DNA of 64,000 nucleotides from Cordylochernes scorpioides (GCA_030710605.1 CP092864.1:139359418-139423417); one strand, 5' to 3'. Counted from the stretch's first letter, positions 33,531 to 44,994 are shown. Numbers and translations are program-made. Notes: generated by a model not told the origin, from the letters alone.

Positions 33531-34152
33531 TTTGTATCAGACGAATCCCACTGGGTGTCGTCTGGTTCAATGTCACATTCTGCCTTGAAGTCGGACAGGT
33601 CTAGATCGGAGTCCTTGTCCCCGACATGGGCGATTGCCATGTCAAGGAATTTCTTCAGAGTAGAACTCTGCTCGGACGAGAGAAACTCGAGAGAGAGAGA
33701 TTGACACAAAAGTTTAAATTATTAACATACAAAGTGTGTGACTGCTAGAATGGAAATAATGATAGAGGAAAACCATTGTCTCTTTGTCACACCATCCATT
33801 TCCCTAAGAAGTTATAAAATAATTATGGCCGAATAAAATTGGACAATATATTTTTATTGAATTTGACTTTCTTTTAATAAATGCTTAGAGCCTAAAAGTT
33901 TCTGTTTGTGGAAACTGAAGTTTCCTAAATTTGCTGCCTTTAAGGACACCACAATATATTACAGTATAATCTCTTTAATTCAAAATTTACCTTAATTCAA
34001 CACTTACTTTAGTTCAATCATTTTTTTATTTTTCAAATTGCAATCAGCCTATTTACTTTAGTTTAACCACCTATAATTAAATACCAACTTTAATTCAACT
34101 ATTTTTCTTAGTCCCAATCAGCCTATTTAGTTTAATTCAACCACTCAACACT

Positions 34153-34408
34153 TGCCGGTCCCAAGCCCGGATGAAGAAGGAGGAGGGAGAGCAGTAACAA
34201 GCTCGCTAAAAAACCTGGGCTCAGCTGGCCCAGCTGATAGTACTTTGTAAGGGCTCCTAATCCAGGGATACAGGATAAGCAGCGTTTGTACTCCATGTTA
34301 GGAGCGGCAGCTTCACTTGGCGTATGTTCCTCATGTCAGAGGTGGCCATTTCTTTTGGAGCTAAGTCGGCAATTTCACCCAATCATGAAGTTAAGAAAGA
34401 AGAAGAAG
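34153..34408 (+). mobile_element. SINE-1 copy, internally deleted, adjacent to the minisatellite
   Basis: The head 'ttgccggtcccaagcccggatgaagaaggaggagggagagcagtaac…' runs to 'gaagttaagaaagaagaagaag'. Confidence 0.6.
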
Positions 34409-34950
34409 ACTCAACACTGACTTTAATTCAACCACCTATAACTCAACACTGACTTTAATTCAACCACTTATAACTCAACACTGACTTTAATTCAACCACC
34501 TATAACTCAACACTGACTTTAATTCAACCACCTATAACTCAACACTGACTTTAATTCAACCACCTATAACTCAACACTGACTTTAATTCAACCACCTATA
34601 ACTCAACACTGACTTTAATTCAACCACCTATAACTCAACACTGACTTTAATTCAACCACCTATAACTCAACACTGACTTTAATTCAACCACCTATAACTC
34701 AACACTGACTTTAATTCAACCACCTATAACTCAACACTGACTTTAATTCAACCACCTATAACTCAACACTGACTTTAATTCAACCACCTATAACTCAACA
34801 CTGACTTTAATTCAACCACTTATAACTCAACACTGACTTTAATTCAACCACCTATAACTCAACACTGACTTTAATTCAACCACCTATAACTCAACACTGT
34901 CTTTAATTCAACCACCTATAACTCAACACTGACTTTAATTCAACCAATTT
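34395..34950. repeat. Minisatellite, 31-bp unit 'tcaacactgactttaattcaaccacctataac' × ~18
   Basis: Strictly contiguous units with occasional single-base variants. It is embedded in a 'ttaattcaac' MITE-family element (33960-35040). Confidence 0.9.
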
Positions 34951-35529
34951 TTCACTTACCAATTAGCCTTTTTACTTAAGTTCAACCAACTATTAAAGCA
35001 ACCAAAAATTGGGATCCCATGGGATGTTGAATTAAAGGAGTTGGAGAGACTGTATACATCTACAGAGTATAAGAGAAAAAGACTGATGATCCTTGAGTAG
35101 AGAAACATCTACAAACACATAATTGTATAAAGTAATGGCAGGTATGTTGCATTCTATGTCGCTGACGGGGAAAGTTAAATAAAGAGATGATGAGAGAGTG
35201 GCCAGCCATTTAGAATTGGCTTCCAGGGTCACGCCGTCAGGCTGCTGAGGTGGAGGAAGTTGGTTGACTCATTCAAGGTTTCCCACTCTGGGAATTTCTT
35301 CTGACTGACAACTACCTGTTGTTGTGACTACACTTAGTGCATGTGAGAAATGGTCTGCCCTGTTCATTTAAATAACTCTGAGGAATGTGCTCTATAGCCT
35401 AAACTTGATCCTTTTTTCAAGTCCAATTCTCTTACTTTCCAACTTCTACATCTGCTGCTTCTAAAAACATTGTAGCAAATTACACATGACTAAAAATATA
35501 TTTTGAGAAATCCTTTTTTTTTTTAATAA

Positions 35530-35835
35530 ACTAGCCGAATGACCCGGGCAACGCCCGGGTTTTACCCGATTAAATACTTTTATTCAAATACTATTCGTTA
35601 CAATTATAAATTGGCGCCGTGGATGTCATTCTTGTATAATATATAAATGAGTTTTAAAAATTGTAAAAAAATGCATCGGCCGGGAATTGAACCCGGACTG
35701 CCCTCGTGGCAGGCAAGCATTCTACCACTGAACCACCGATGGTTATGAGAAATGGCCATATTTGGGTATTTATTCCATTCACAAAGCAAACGGTGACAGA
35801 ATTGATTAAGAAAGAATTGATTATGACGCTGATAA
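35530..35835 (-). mobile_element. Helitron-like element, tRNA-Gly-carrying variant
   Basis: CTAGccgaatgacccgggcaacgcccgggttttacccgatt terminus at 35530. The internal family-X segment is replaced by '…ggcgccgtggatgtcattcttgtataatatataaatgagttttaaaaattgtaaaaaaa' plus the tRNA-Gly-like copy. It then rejoins 'caaacggtgacagaattgatta…gacgctgataactgtatat'. Confidence 0.55.
35672..35743 (-). pseudogene. tRNA-Gly(GCC)-like copy inside a Helitron-like element, acceptor stem degenerate
   Basis: Reverse complement is accatcggtggttcagtggtagaatgcttgcctGCCacgagggcagtccgggttcaattcccggccgatgca. The 5' end CCATCGG fails to pair with the 3' end at position 1. Confidence 0.55.
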
Positions 35836-36232
35836 CTGTATATATTAATACTCTAATGAATGTATCACAGTTAATAGATTTTTTAAAAAGTATCCTTGCA
35901 ATACACTTGAATCTCTCTGTAACAACATCACTTGGGACCAATACACTCGAGGACATAACTGAAGAATCTGTTCCTTTTAGCACATATATCAGGATTCAGA
36001 CAATAACTGAAAAATGTTTGGTACAAAGTGACCTTTATTGAAGACACATGAGATAACCAATGTGAACAAAATTGCCTGTCTCCTTAAAAAAATAGATGAC
36101 AGGTGGCATCAAAGACTTTCCACTTCTTCAAGTTTTGTCCGTGAGTGTATTTTATTTTGTTATAAACAACATTAGTTATTAAAGAGGTTTTATAAGGACT
36201 TCGATATATATATATATATTGTTTTGAAAATA

Positions 36233-37098
36233 GAGCAATCCATACTTAATTCATTAGATAATAAATGGCATATATTGGATTTAATAAAATATTTATTTTG
36301 CCAATATTTCGGCTGGCTGAACGCCAACCTTTATCGAGGCATTACATTTTTGTATACACAAACTCAGCGCCGCATAGTGTTATAATATCACAGTTGAAAT
36401 CAATTAAAATACAGAGTAGGTGGAAGAAAATTTGTGTATGAAAAAATTATTATAAAAAATGCAATCAAAAATGTAAAATATCTTAAAATATAAAAGGAAA
36501 AAAAGTTCTATCTTATATTTAAAAAATTGTAATAAGTACATAAAATAATTCATTAATAACTCATAAAGAGATAAATGTAAAAATGTGTGTATCTATTAAA
36601 ACATTTGAAAATAAATTTTAAATGATTTAAACAATAAACTGTAAGAACCTTATAAAAAGTTTTTAAATACCCACATTTTTAAAAACTTTTTATAAGGTTC
36701 TTACAGTTTATTGTTTAAATCATTTAAAATTTATTTTCAAATGTTTTAATAGATACACACATTTTTACATTTATCTCTTTATGAGTTATTAATGAATTAT
36801 TTTATGTACTTATTACAATTTTTTAAATATAAGATAGAACTTTTTTTCCTTTTATATTTTAAGATATTTTACATTTTTGATTGCATTTTTTATAATAATT
36901 TTTTCATACACAAATTTTCTTCCACCTACTCTGTATTTTAATTGATTTCAACTGTGATATTATAACACTATGCGGCGCTGAGTTTGTGTATACAAAAATG
37001 TAATGCCTCGATAAAGGTTGGCGTTCAGCCAGCCGAAATATTGGCAAAATAAATATTTTATTAAATCCAATATATGCCATTTATTATCTAATATATAT
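36233..37098. repeat. Giant near-perfect palindrome (about 430-bp arms, about 9-nt centre 'tacccacat' at about 36672)
   Basis: I checked the right arm against the reverse complement of the left arm at several points (36300-36660 vs 36680-37040). The left arm at 36210-36400 is homologous to 46205-46400. Confidence 0.8.
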
Positions 37099-37099
37099 A

Positions 37100-37437
37100 T
37101 ATATTAAAAATAAAAAAGGCATCTCCTGACCACGAGCACATGTGCTTTTTATAAATTTGGCCTTAAATACCCATTTTCTGATTTCTCAGGAAGCCATTGG
37201 GACCAAAAATCTTTTTTGGTCGCAGTTGTTACAGCCTTCTCCACGCTGACGAGCGCCAACAGCGCGAAACGCGTTCGTGGATGGCTTTTCTTGATAAATC
37301 AAGAAATTGGGTTGGCCAAATATCACGGAGCAAGCTAAATAAACGTTTAGTTTATTTTTGCTCCACTAGATGGCGCTCTGCCATCTAAAAAGCACATGTG
37401 CTCGTGGTCAGGAGATGCCTTTTTTATTTTTAATATC
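37100..37437. mobile_element. TIR-MITE (~50-bp TIR 'atattaaaaataaaaaaggcatctcctgaccacgagcacatgtgcttttt')
   Basis: The TIRs at 37100-37150 and 37388-37437 are reverse complements. Related 'aggcatctcctgat…' ends occur at 52885-52960, 55610-55680, 59340-59400 and 59790-59880. Confidence 0.65.
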
Positions 37438-37494
37438 AACACCTGATCCACTTATCTTTAATTTTTTCTATTGTTTTTTCATATATATATATAT

Positions 37495-37785
37495 ATATAG
37501 ATGGAAAATTTCCCGAGAGGAAATTGATCCATAGAAGCATAGGGCGCCTCTCCCGTCAAAATAAACGTCAAAACCTGACGCCATCTATTGACCGTTGCCG
37601 CAACTAGTGGCCTCGGGTCGGTGACAAAGCCACAACACCAGCTTTGGCAAACTGAGAAGTGTCCACCTAGAGACCATGGTTTCGGGCTAATGGCCCTCGT
37701 CATGGCGCCTCGTCGTTGACTTTTATTTTGACGGGAGAAGCGCCCTATGCTTCTATGAATCAATTTCCTCCCAGCAAATTTTCCA
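37495..37785. mobile_element. Foldback element P2 (~75-bp TIRs 'agatggaaaatttcccgagaggaaattgatccatagaagcatagggcgcctctcccgtcaaaataaacgtcaa')
   Basis: Inverted arms at 37497-37570 and 37712-37785. Relatives are at 62895-63110, 56580-56690 and 4690-4790. Confidence 0.65.
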
Positions 37786-37830
37786 TCTATATTCTAGCCA
37801 TAGATTAATCTATATTCTAGCCATAGATTA

Positions 37831-38075
37831 AGACTGGGAGCACCACTCAGTGGCAGGCCGACTTGGCTCCAAAAGAAATGGCCGCATCTGACATGAGGAA
37901 CAGACGCCTTGTGAAGCCTCTCCTAACATGGAGTATAGACCCATCCTGTATCCCTGGATCAGGAGCCATTACAGGGTACTATCAGCCAAGCCAGCTGTGC
38001 CCAGGTTTTTAGCAAGCTTGTTACTTACTGCTCCCCCTCCTCCTTTTTCATCCGGGCTCAGGACTGGTAAAGGCA
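37831..38075 (-). mobile_element. SINE-1 copy lacking the 3' tail part
   Basis: It starts within 'agactgggagcaccactcagtggcaggccgact…'. Confidence 0.6.
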
Positions 38076-38224
38076 GAGTTATATATTATACTAGATGGGT
38101 GACCCGGGCTTCGCCCCGGGATTGACCTGTGTGCATATCTACCCGAGTGATATATATTTAGATAAGATTTTTTTTTATAATTGTTTGTTATTAGCATTAT
38201 CTATTTATTTGCATCAGAATAATT

Positions 38225-38425
38225 TAATCTAATCTTTTATAGAGGGCGCTGTTCGTGAGCTAAGTAGAATAATTTGAATATATAGTTTTAATAATTGATT
38301 TATATATTTTTTAAATAGCCTATCGTCTTCCCCATATTTTTTTACCTATGTATGGAAATTTTGGTTTGAATTAGTGAACTACTGCGAATTTGTATACCGG
38401 ACATACAAACAAACAAACATTGATT
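38225..38425 (-). mobile_element. Helitron-like family B fragment (5'-terminal part)
   Basis: Shares 'tagagggcgctgttcgtgagctaagtagaataatttgaatat…ccg.acatacaaacaaacaaacattgatttatatat' with the 6716-6928 copy. Confidence 0.45.
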
Positions 38426-38439
38426 TATATATTATTACT

Positions 38440-38865
38440 AGCCGAATGGCCCGGGCAACGCCCGTGTTTTACCCGATTGAATGTTTTTATTCAAATACTA
38501 TTTGTTACAATTATAAATTGGCGCCTTAAATAAATGCATATATTAGTTAATAACTATAGCCTATGTGCTTTATCTGTCTATGTACTGTTGGCTTCCGTAG
38601 GCGTCTCATACTGGGAAAAGGAAAGAGAGGATTCCATTTAGTTATTAACTAATATATGCATTTATTTAAAGAGCGACCCGCTCCAAAACAATAGTTACAA
38701 AAACGAAAGAGCGAGTGGGGGAGGCATGATGGGGGGGGCGAGGGCAAAGGTGGTGTGATCGTAGCCAACCAATAGGAGTGCGCCATTCCAAAAAAAAAAG
38801 CAAAAGATGACAGAGACGACTGATGAGGAATGACGCTCGTAACTGTATATAGAATTACTATATGA
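38440..38865 (-). mobile_element. Helitron-like element, family X
   Basis: CTAGccgaatggcccgggcaacgcccgtg… through …gacgctcgtaactgtatatagaat. It lies directly adjacent to the previous fragment. Confidence 0.6.
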
Positions 38866-39342
38866 GTAATAATGGTTAAAGAAGGCAAATTTATCCCATT
38901 AAAAGAAATAAAATCACGGCACTTTTTGAATTTGTCAATTGGTTCTGACAGAATCAGATTATTTTGAATATGCTGCCCAACCAGCTTCAAGAAAATAATT
39001 TTGAAAAAGCTATGGTGTTGTGAATGAGCTATGCCATTAATAATAAAGTAAAATTAGGTTTTAATGAGATCCTATGGGACAATATATACGGATCATCCAA
39101 ATCTGCTAAAAATATATTTCAGCACACCAAAAATCTTATGAAATTCTAAGGGAAAATACATGTACTTAATATGGATCGAGGGCTATCCAGCTTTTTTCTC
39201 TCTCTCTCTATATATAATCTTATTTATTCATATTTTTATTTATTCTGTATTTAACCTTATATAATCTTATATGGACGTTTAAATAAATCAGTTTCAATCT
39301 CAATCTCTCTCTCTCTCTCCCTCTCTTTTTTTTTTCTTTTAT

Positions 39343-39590
39343 TAACCCTTAGTACACATGGTACAGGCCATGATAATCATGGCGGGTAGAAGTTGGCGAC
39401 TGCTTTTACTGTAAATATGCTACATTTCTGCACATATAGAAAGCAGTTTGACTTTTGCACTTACAAATGTGTTAGAGCCCCGTTTGGTTACTTGCACACA
39501 ATGGTGTTCTTGAACTTTCACAAGAATCGGGAGCCATTGGGGAGCAATTTTTTATTCGGAAAAAAGAAGAGCCCAATGCAGGATTTGACC
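39343..39590 (-). mobile_element. SINE-2 copy (3' two-thirds)
   Basis: Reverse complement of '…gctccccaatggctcccgattcttgtgaaagttcaag… ctacccgccatgattatcatggcctgtaccatgtgtactaaggg'. Confidence 0.6.
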
Positions 39591-39691
39591 CTGAGTTGTT
39601 GCTGTTAGAAAGTTTTTACCATTCGTTGAATGAATCTATTGAGCCCAGCAGAGTCCATCAGTGTTGTGAGACCTTCCTTCTAATGTTCCAG

Positions 39692-39766
39692 AGACCGAGG
39701 CCAAGGTGGACGAGCTGATGCAGGACTTCAAGGTCAGGTCAAAGAAGGTGAAGACCAAGTTAAAAG
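39692..39766 (+). CDS. STX1: syntaxin-1-like exon (…TEAKVDELMQDFKVRSKKVKTKLK)
   Basis: Acceptor tgttccag|ag at 39691, donor aaaag|gtgagt at 39767. The peptide aligns with syntaxin-1 '[25 protein letters not shown]'. Phase is consistent with the flanking exons. Confidence 0.75.
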
Positions 39767-39889
39767 GTGAGTAGTTGATCCATTCTTTCTTTTCCACTTA
39801 ACTTCACCCTCTCGCTGATTAACATGATTGTTTAAAAGGCATTGTCCTTTTATTTATGAGTCTTATATCCATTGTTTTGCCAACCTATA

Positions 39890-40265
39890 TACTCAGAGAT
39901 GGCTAAACCTGACACCTCTACATCTCAAATTTTTGTATCAATTGACTAAGAGGGTCAATAAAATATTCTTGAATTGTCAATTGTCTACATCTCAAATTTT
40001 TGTATCAATTGACTAAGAGGGTCAATAAAATATTCTTGAATTGTCAATTGTCTACATCTCAAATTTTTGTATCAATTGACTAAGAGGGTCAATAAAATAT
40101 TCTTGAATTGTCAATTGTCTACATCTCAAATTTTTGTATCAATTGACTAAGAGGGTCAATAAAATATTTTTGAATTGTCAATTGTCTACATCTCAAATTT
40201 TTGTATCAATTGACTAAGAGGGTCAATAAAATATTTTTGAATTGTCAATTGTCTACATCTCAAAT
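39890..40265. repeat. Tandem repeat, ~61-bp unit × 6 ('tctacatctcaaatttttgtatcaattgactaagagggtcaataaaatattcttgaattgtcaattg')
   Basis: Near-identical units about 120 bp downstream of syntaxin exon 3. Confidence 0.85.
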
Positions 40266-40429
40266 CCCCTAAATATCAAACAAGAATTTGCGATTATTAA
40301 GGTGGTAAATATCGTGCACTTCCAGGTGGAAAAGTTTCTTTTCAAAATCTTCAATTCACAAATCCCACAAGCTTCACCTTAATAATGATGCAAGAGATTA
40401 TTTTGTTGAAGCATTTGTGGTGATGATTA

Positions 40430-40525
40430 GGTACAATTTGGATTATAGATTAGAAACACTAGGTATAATACGACCAAATAACATAGTGTGTGATGTTTCT
40501 GTAACAGCATTGTTACTACCAATCT
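40430..40525. mobile_element. MITE-1 half copy (left), immediately upstream of the nested composite
   Basis: ggtacaatttggattatagattagaaacactaggtataatacgaccaaataacatagtgtgtgatgtttctgtaacagcattgttac. Confidence 0.5.
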
Positions 40526-40671
40526 TCAAATGCAAGACACAAAGCCACAACCTCACAAATGCTTAGAAACACAAGGAAATAAGACCAAATAAATAGTGTG
40601 TGGCATTTCAGTAATATCACTGTTATTTTATCATCAGACAAACGCACTAAATGATTTTAAAAAATCATCAT

Positions 40672-40968
40672 GTAGAGGGGGTCGGTTGAAGGCTCGTTAA
40701 ACCGTTTGGTTTTCGACCACAAGGACCCGGGTTCGATTCCCGCATTGGGCACTTTTTCTGATAAAAAAAAAAAAAATGCTCCAATGGCCCCCGATTCTTG
40801 CAAAAGTCCAACCCCACCAGTGAGTGCAAGTAACCAAACGGGGCTCTGGCACATTTGTAAGTGCAAAGTCGAACTGCTTTTCACATTACAGTAAAAGCAG
40901 TCACTAACTACCCACCATGATTATCATGGCCTGTACCACGTGTACTAGGAATAAGCAAAAAAAAAAAA
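40672..40968 (+). mobile_element. SINE-2 full copy nested inside a MITE
   Basis: Head 'ggggtcggttgaaggctcgttaaaccgtttggttttcgaccacaaggacccgggttcgattcccgcattggg', tail 'ctaggaataagcaaaaaaaaaaaa'. Confidence 0.7.
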
Positions 40969-40970
40969 TC

Positions 40971-41283
40971 ATGTATCATTCTGTGCATAACCCGGACTCT
41001 TGAAGTGTGCCAAAGTCACCAACTGTTCAGAAGAGAAAAAATATCACAGAATGCTTCAGAAACTTCTAAGAATAATATTTTAGGATTCTTAGAAAACTAT
41101 TTACTTCTGATTAGCTATTTTTATCATACACTTTTGTTAGAAGCCTGTAAAACCATTTTCTCTCCATCTTTGTTCACACATTTGATAACTGCACTAAAAG
41201 CATTCTGTGATATTTTTTCTCTTCTGAACAGTTGGTGACTTTGACACACTTCAAGAGTCCGGGTTATGCACAGAATGATACAT
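40971..41283. mobile_element. Nested TIR-MITE (~85-bp TIRs 'catgtatcattctgtgcataacccggactcttgaagtgtgccaaagtcaccaactgttcagaagagaaaaaatatcacagaatgc')
   Basis: The TIRs are reverse complements of each other at 40971-41057 and 41197-41283. Confidence 0.65.
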
Positions 41284-41639
41284 GATGATTTTTTAAAAAT
41301 CATTCAGTACTTTTGTCTGATGATAAAATAACAGTGATATTACTGAAATGTCACACACTATTTATTTGATTTGGTCTTATTTCCTTGTGTTTCTAAGCAT
41401 TTGTGAGGTTGTGGCCTTGTGTCTTGCATTTAAGGATTGGTTGAGAACAATTGCTGGAAACAGAATGTGAGCAGAGAAACTTGTGTTTTGCACATTAACT
41501 GGAAACCTCCTCCCAATATTACAAATTACAGTAGAACCTGGCTTTAACAACATCCCTTGACATCATGATATCATGTTGTTGTTAACCAGGGTTAAAACAA
41601 TAGGAATTTATAACTTTGGACCACTTAGAATTATAATGG

Positions 41640-42330
41640 TACTAGCGGACGTACCCGGCTTCGCCCGGGTAAAACCCGAGTAAAGGTTTGTCTAACGAAT
41701 CTCTCGATAAAGTGAACATTTTTTCCCGGTCCCTTGAAAAATACTCGATAAGTTGAATAAAATCAATATTAATTGGTTCTCTCGGTAATTGGAAGTTAAA
41801 AGAATAGTATCTTGCCTTGGAATTGTATCATTATTCTTGTATGGATGTACCTGGCTTCGCCCGGGTTTTACCCGAGTAAAGGTTTGTCTAACGAATTTCT
41901 CGATAAAGTGAACATTTTTTCCCGGTCCCTTTAAAAATACTTGATAAGTTGAATAAAATCAATATTAATTGGTTCCCTCGGTAATTGGAAGTTAAAAGAA
42001 TAGTATCTTGCCTTGAAATTGTATCATTATTCTTGTCTCAAATAAATTGCCGTGTCATCCTGAATTTTGACTTTCCTAATTTTCTACATTACAAAATCAT
42101 CGTATCATCATGATAATATTTAGAGCAGATTGTTGAATTATAACAGATAAATTAAAATATTTATCTTGATTATTTTTAGGCGAAAAGTTATTTCAAAAAT
42201 TTTATTTGCTAGAAACCTTCCCAGTACTATACTCAATAACTTCCCAAAGTTTCATGGCGTTCCAATGAGTGGTTTGGTCAGGCATAAAGGACACACACAC
42301 ATACATTCATTTTTATATATATAGATTTAC
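41640..42330 (-). mobile_element. Helitron-like element, family A (2 internal tandem units)
   Basis: CTAGcggacgtacccggcttcgcccgggtaaaacccgag… through …cacacatacattcatttttatatatatag. Colinear with 673-1590. Confidence 0.55.
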
Positions 42331-42606
42331 ACAAGTTGTGCTGTAATAATGACTTTTTTGGTCAGATATTTTGTAAGAATATGTTTTTAATACCTGCTAG
42401 TTGACAATTGATTGACAACCAAGGTGACATCAGCACAAAATAGCAGGCTTCCTGGTGTAGACAGAGCTTCTCACAAACTTCTGCTGATAGCTTATTTAGA
42501 GACAAAAGCCTCATTTAACTACCTTCAATCAGCTTGCAGGAAACCCTAAATTAATATCCCATTTAATTCAGCTCTCAAATTTACATTTTAAAAACTTTGG
42601 GAATTG

Positions 42607-42668
42607 TCCTCTTCTTCTTTCTTATCTCCACTCAACAATCATATTAGGGTATCAAGTTTGTAGAGCTT
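42607..42668 (-). mobile_element. SINE-1 3'-tail fragment
   Basis: tcttcttctttcttatctccactcaacaatcatattagggtatcaagtttgtagagcttg. Confidence 0.5.
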
Positions 42669-42669
42669 G

Positions 42670-43430
42670 TTGATGTGGTTGATGTGGTTTGGGGTTGCAG
42701 GCTGAGAATTGCACTTAGTACACAGTGGGAAAACCTTGCAATCATTCTGGAAAGTCATTGTCTGTAGATGAGCAGACTTAAGTCTGGAAATCAAGGACTG
42801 TTGTTCTCTTGGGAGGACAGAATTGGTGCTTGTCCCTCCTGCTCTGTACCAGTCATGTGAAGCAGTAGATTTCCAGTTTGGGACTTGAGCTAATTAGGAT
42901 TGATATTCTGCTTTCCCAGCAAATGCCATTTAATGGGGATTTTCAGAATGATTTTCAGATGGGAATTTCAGAAGCTTTTTAAAAAGAATTAAAGCAGTGG
43001 AAGACTCGAGTTGTTTTTTGTGGACATGAGGAACAAACCTCAATACATCTTTTACTAGATTGCCCTGTTTTTCCAGACTATAGAATCAACAATAATTTAA
43101 TAGTAACAGATGTAAGTATTTTTATTTCCAGTAAAGAAATGTATATTAAATTTAATACCTTTGTAGATATATTTTAAATTATATAGCAACAAATATCTTT
43201 TAAGAAACTGATCATTTATATTATGTTGATTGTACATATTGCCAGACACTTCTTTCTTTTGTACACAGTTCTTTTTTCTCGTTTTTTTACTCTCTTTCTC
43301 ATTGTTAACATCATTTGACTATTGTATTCTCGGCCTAAAATTATTGTATATATATGTATACACAAATGTAAAGACATACATGTATGACAGCGCAAGTGTC
43401 CGTAGGGGGACATAGCGCTTTAAATTGAAA
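42670..43430 (+). mobile_element. LINE-b 3' region (second non-LTR family)
   Basis: It contains '…FCGHEEQTSIHLLLDCPVF…' (zinc-knuckle-like) and a 3' UTR ending 'gtgtccgtagggggacatagcgctttaaattgaaataaaat'. Homologous blocks are at 48185-48680, 44995-45160, 1600-1740 (-) and 24285-24560 (-). Confidence 0.45.
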
Positions 43431-43918
43431 TAAAATTAAAAAAAAATAAATAAAAATTTAATGAGGATTTAACAACAGTGTAAACACAAGTAATGTAAGT
43501 ATGCAACAGTGTTAGCCAGCCACCACATTTCATTAACCTAGTCACATATTTCCCTTATCTCCCAGCAGGGTGATCCAGAATCTCTTATCTCTCCCACCAC
43601 TTATCTCTTATCACTTCTTGCCTTATAACAGCTTCCTTTTGGTTCATCAGGTATTATAACTAAACCTCGTTTAGTCAAATAATTCAGGGTTGAATCTAAT
43701 TAATGACAATTGTGACACTTTCCAAATATATTTTATTGACATTGGTTAAATATTAAAAGATAAAAGAAAAAAATGATTAGGAAAGATATTTAAAACTTTT
43801 TCTCAGTAAGGAGGCTTCTCTATTTTGTGAGAGTCTTCCTCCAGACAAGGACAGGATCTACCTGAACTGCTGCAGTTTAATATTGAGATGGGACCTATAT
43901 AGGCAACTCTTGGCAGAT

Positions 43919-44165
43919 GCCTTCTTCTTCTTTCTTATCTCCACTCAATCATATTAAGGTATCAAGCTTGTAAAGCTTGAGATTTTTGATGGTGTCTGAT
44001 TTGACAACCATCATGATTGGGTAAAGTAAAATGCGTCTGTCTTTGTCATTAAAACTGGGAGCACTACTCAGTGGCAGGCCGACTTAGCTCCAAAAGAAAT
44101 GCCGCCTCTGACATGAGGAACAGACGCCATGTGCAGCTGCTCCTAACATGGAATACAAACGCTGC
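43919..44165 (-). mobile_element. SINE-1 copy, head truncated
   Basis: Consensus from the tail to '…catggaatacaaacgctgc'. Confidence 0.6.
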
Positions 44166-44223
44166 AGATGCCTGGATTGCCAGGTAGCCTAATTAATGAT
44201 ATATAGTTATATATATCATTTAA

Positions 44224-44392
44224 TACAGTAGAACCTCCATGAGAGGACACTCTACAACGGACAGTTTTTATTTGTAAAATTAAATTTTTTACTATTTAGC
44301 AACTCGCTGGAAAGAGAACACCTCTCCCTAAAGGACACTTTGGTTCTGTAATTAGATGGCCTTTACAGGGAGGTTCTACTGTATATCATTTA
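44224..44392. mobile_element. MITE-2 full copy
   Basis: Both TIRs present. Confidence 0.7.
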
Positions 44393-44789
44393 ATAAATAT
44401 TTTACATAACATACCTCTAAAACCTAGTTATAAAGGGACAAAACTTTGATACTTACAGTGGAACCTCTCTATAGCAGTAATTTGGTTAGAACCTATTTTA
44501 TTCTCAATACCTTTTGAAGGTGATCATCTTGAAATTTCTTGGAAGAAAATTGTTCAAGCTGTTAGAAGTTATGTATGCAAATTCCTTATTGTAAAAAGTA
44601 TTTTTTTAATTAGATTTATTTGCATATCTGAAGAATGTATATAGAATTTTTTTTTTCTTCAGTTAGTTGCTGGTGAAGTGTAGATGAGTGTATAGCAATG
44701 TACAATAAATAATTTTTTTGTGGGATAATAGAACTTATTGATTTTATAGAAGATTTAATTTAAAAAGGTAAGATAAAAAATCACTGCAC

Positions 44790-44945
44790 AACAACAATAC
44801 CTTTATATAACTACAACGTAATAAGACCATATCCAATTGAAGATTCTGTTTTAAAGAGTTCAGGATCTGAAGCTTTGGATTTGGTCTTACATATAGATAG
44901 AACTTACATTGTATTTCTAATTTAATCCAAATTGTACCCTATCAA
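44790..44945. mobile_element. MITE-1-related degenerate copy
   Basis: caacgtaataagaccatatccaattgaag…tggatttggtcttacatatag…ctaatttaatccaaattgtaccc. Confidence 0.4.
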
Positions 44946-44994
44946 CATTAGTGGGTGCAATGAGAAGAAAGTGAAGATGCAACCATGAAGAGCC

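Larger units (their letters stand above)
40521..41449. mobile_element. Composite: MITE-1-type foldback (outer arms 40521-40668 and 41284-41449) containing a SINE-2 (40672-40968) and a second MITE (40971-41283)
   Basis: The outer arms 'caaatgcaagacacaaagccacaacctcacaaatgcttagaaacacaaggaaataagaccaaataaatagtgtgtggcatttcagtaatatcactgttattttatcatcagacaaacgcactaaatgattttaaaaaatcatcatgta' and its reverse complement are near-perfect. Confidence 0.7.

Noticed and set aside
34395-34950. Highly regular 31-bp direct repeats that superficially resemble a CRISPR array
   Set aside because: The units are directly contiguous with no spacers. The sequence context is eukaryotic (spliced syntaxin gene, SINEs, LINEs), so this is a minisatellite.
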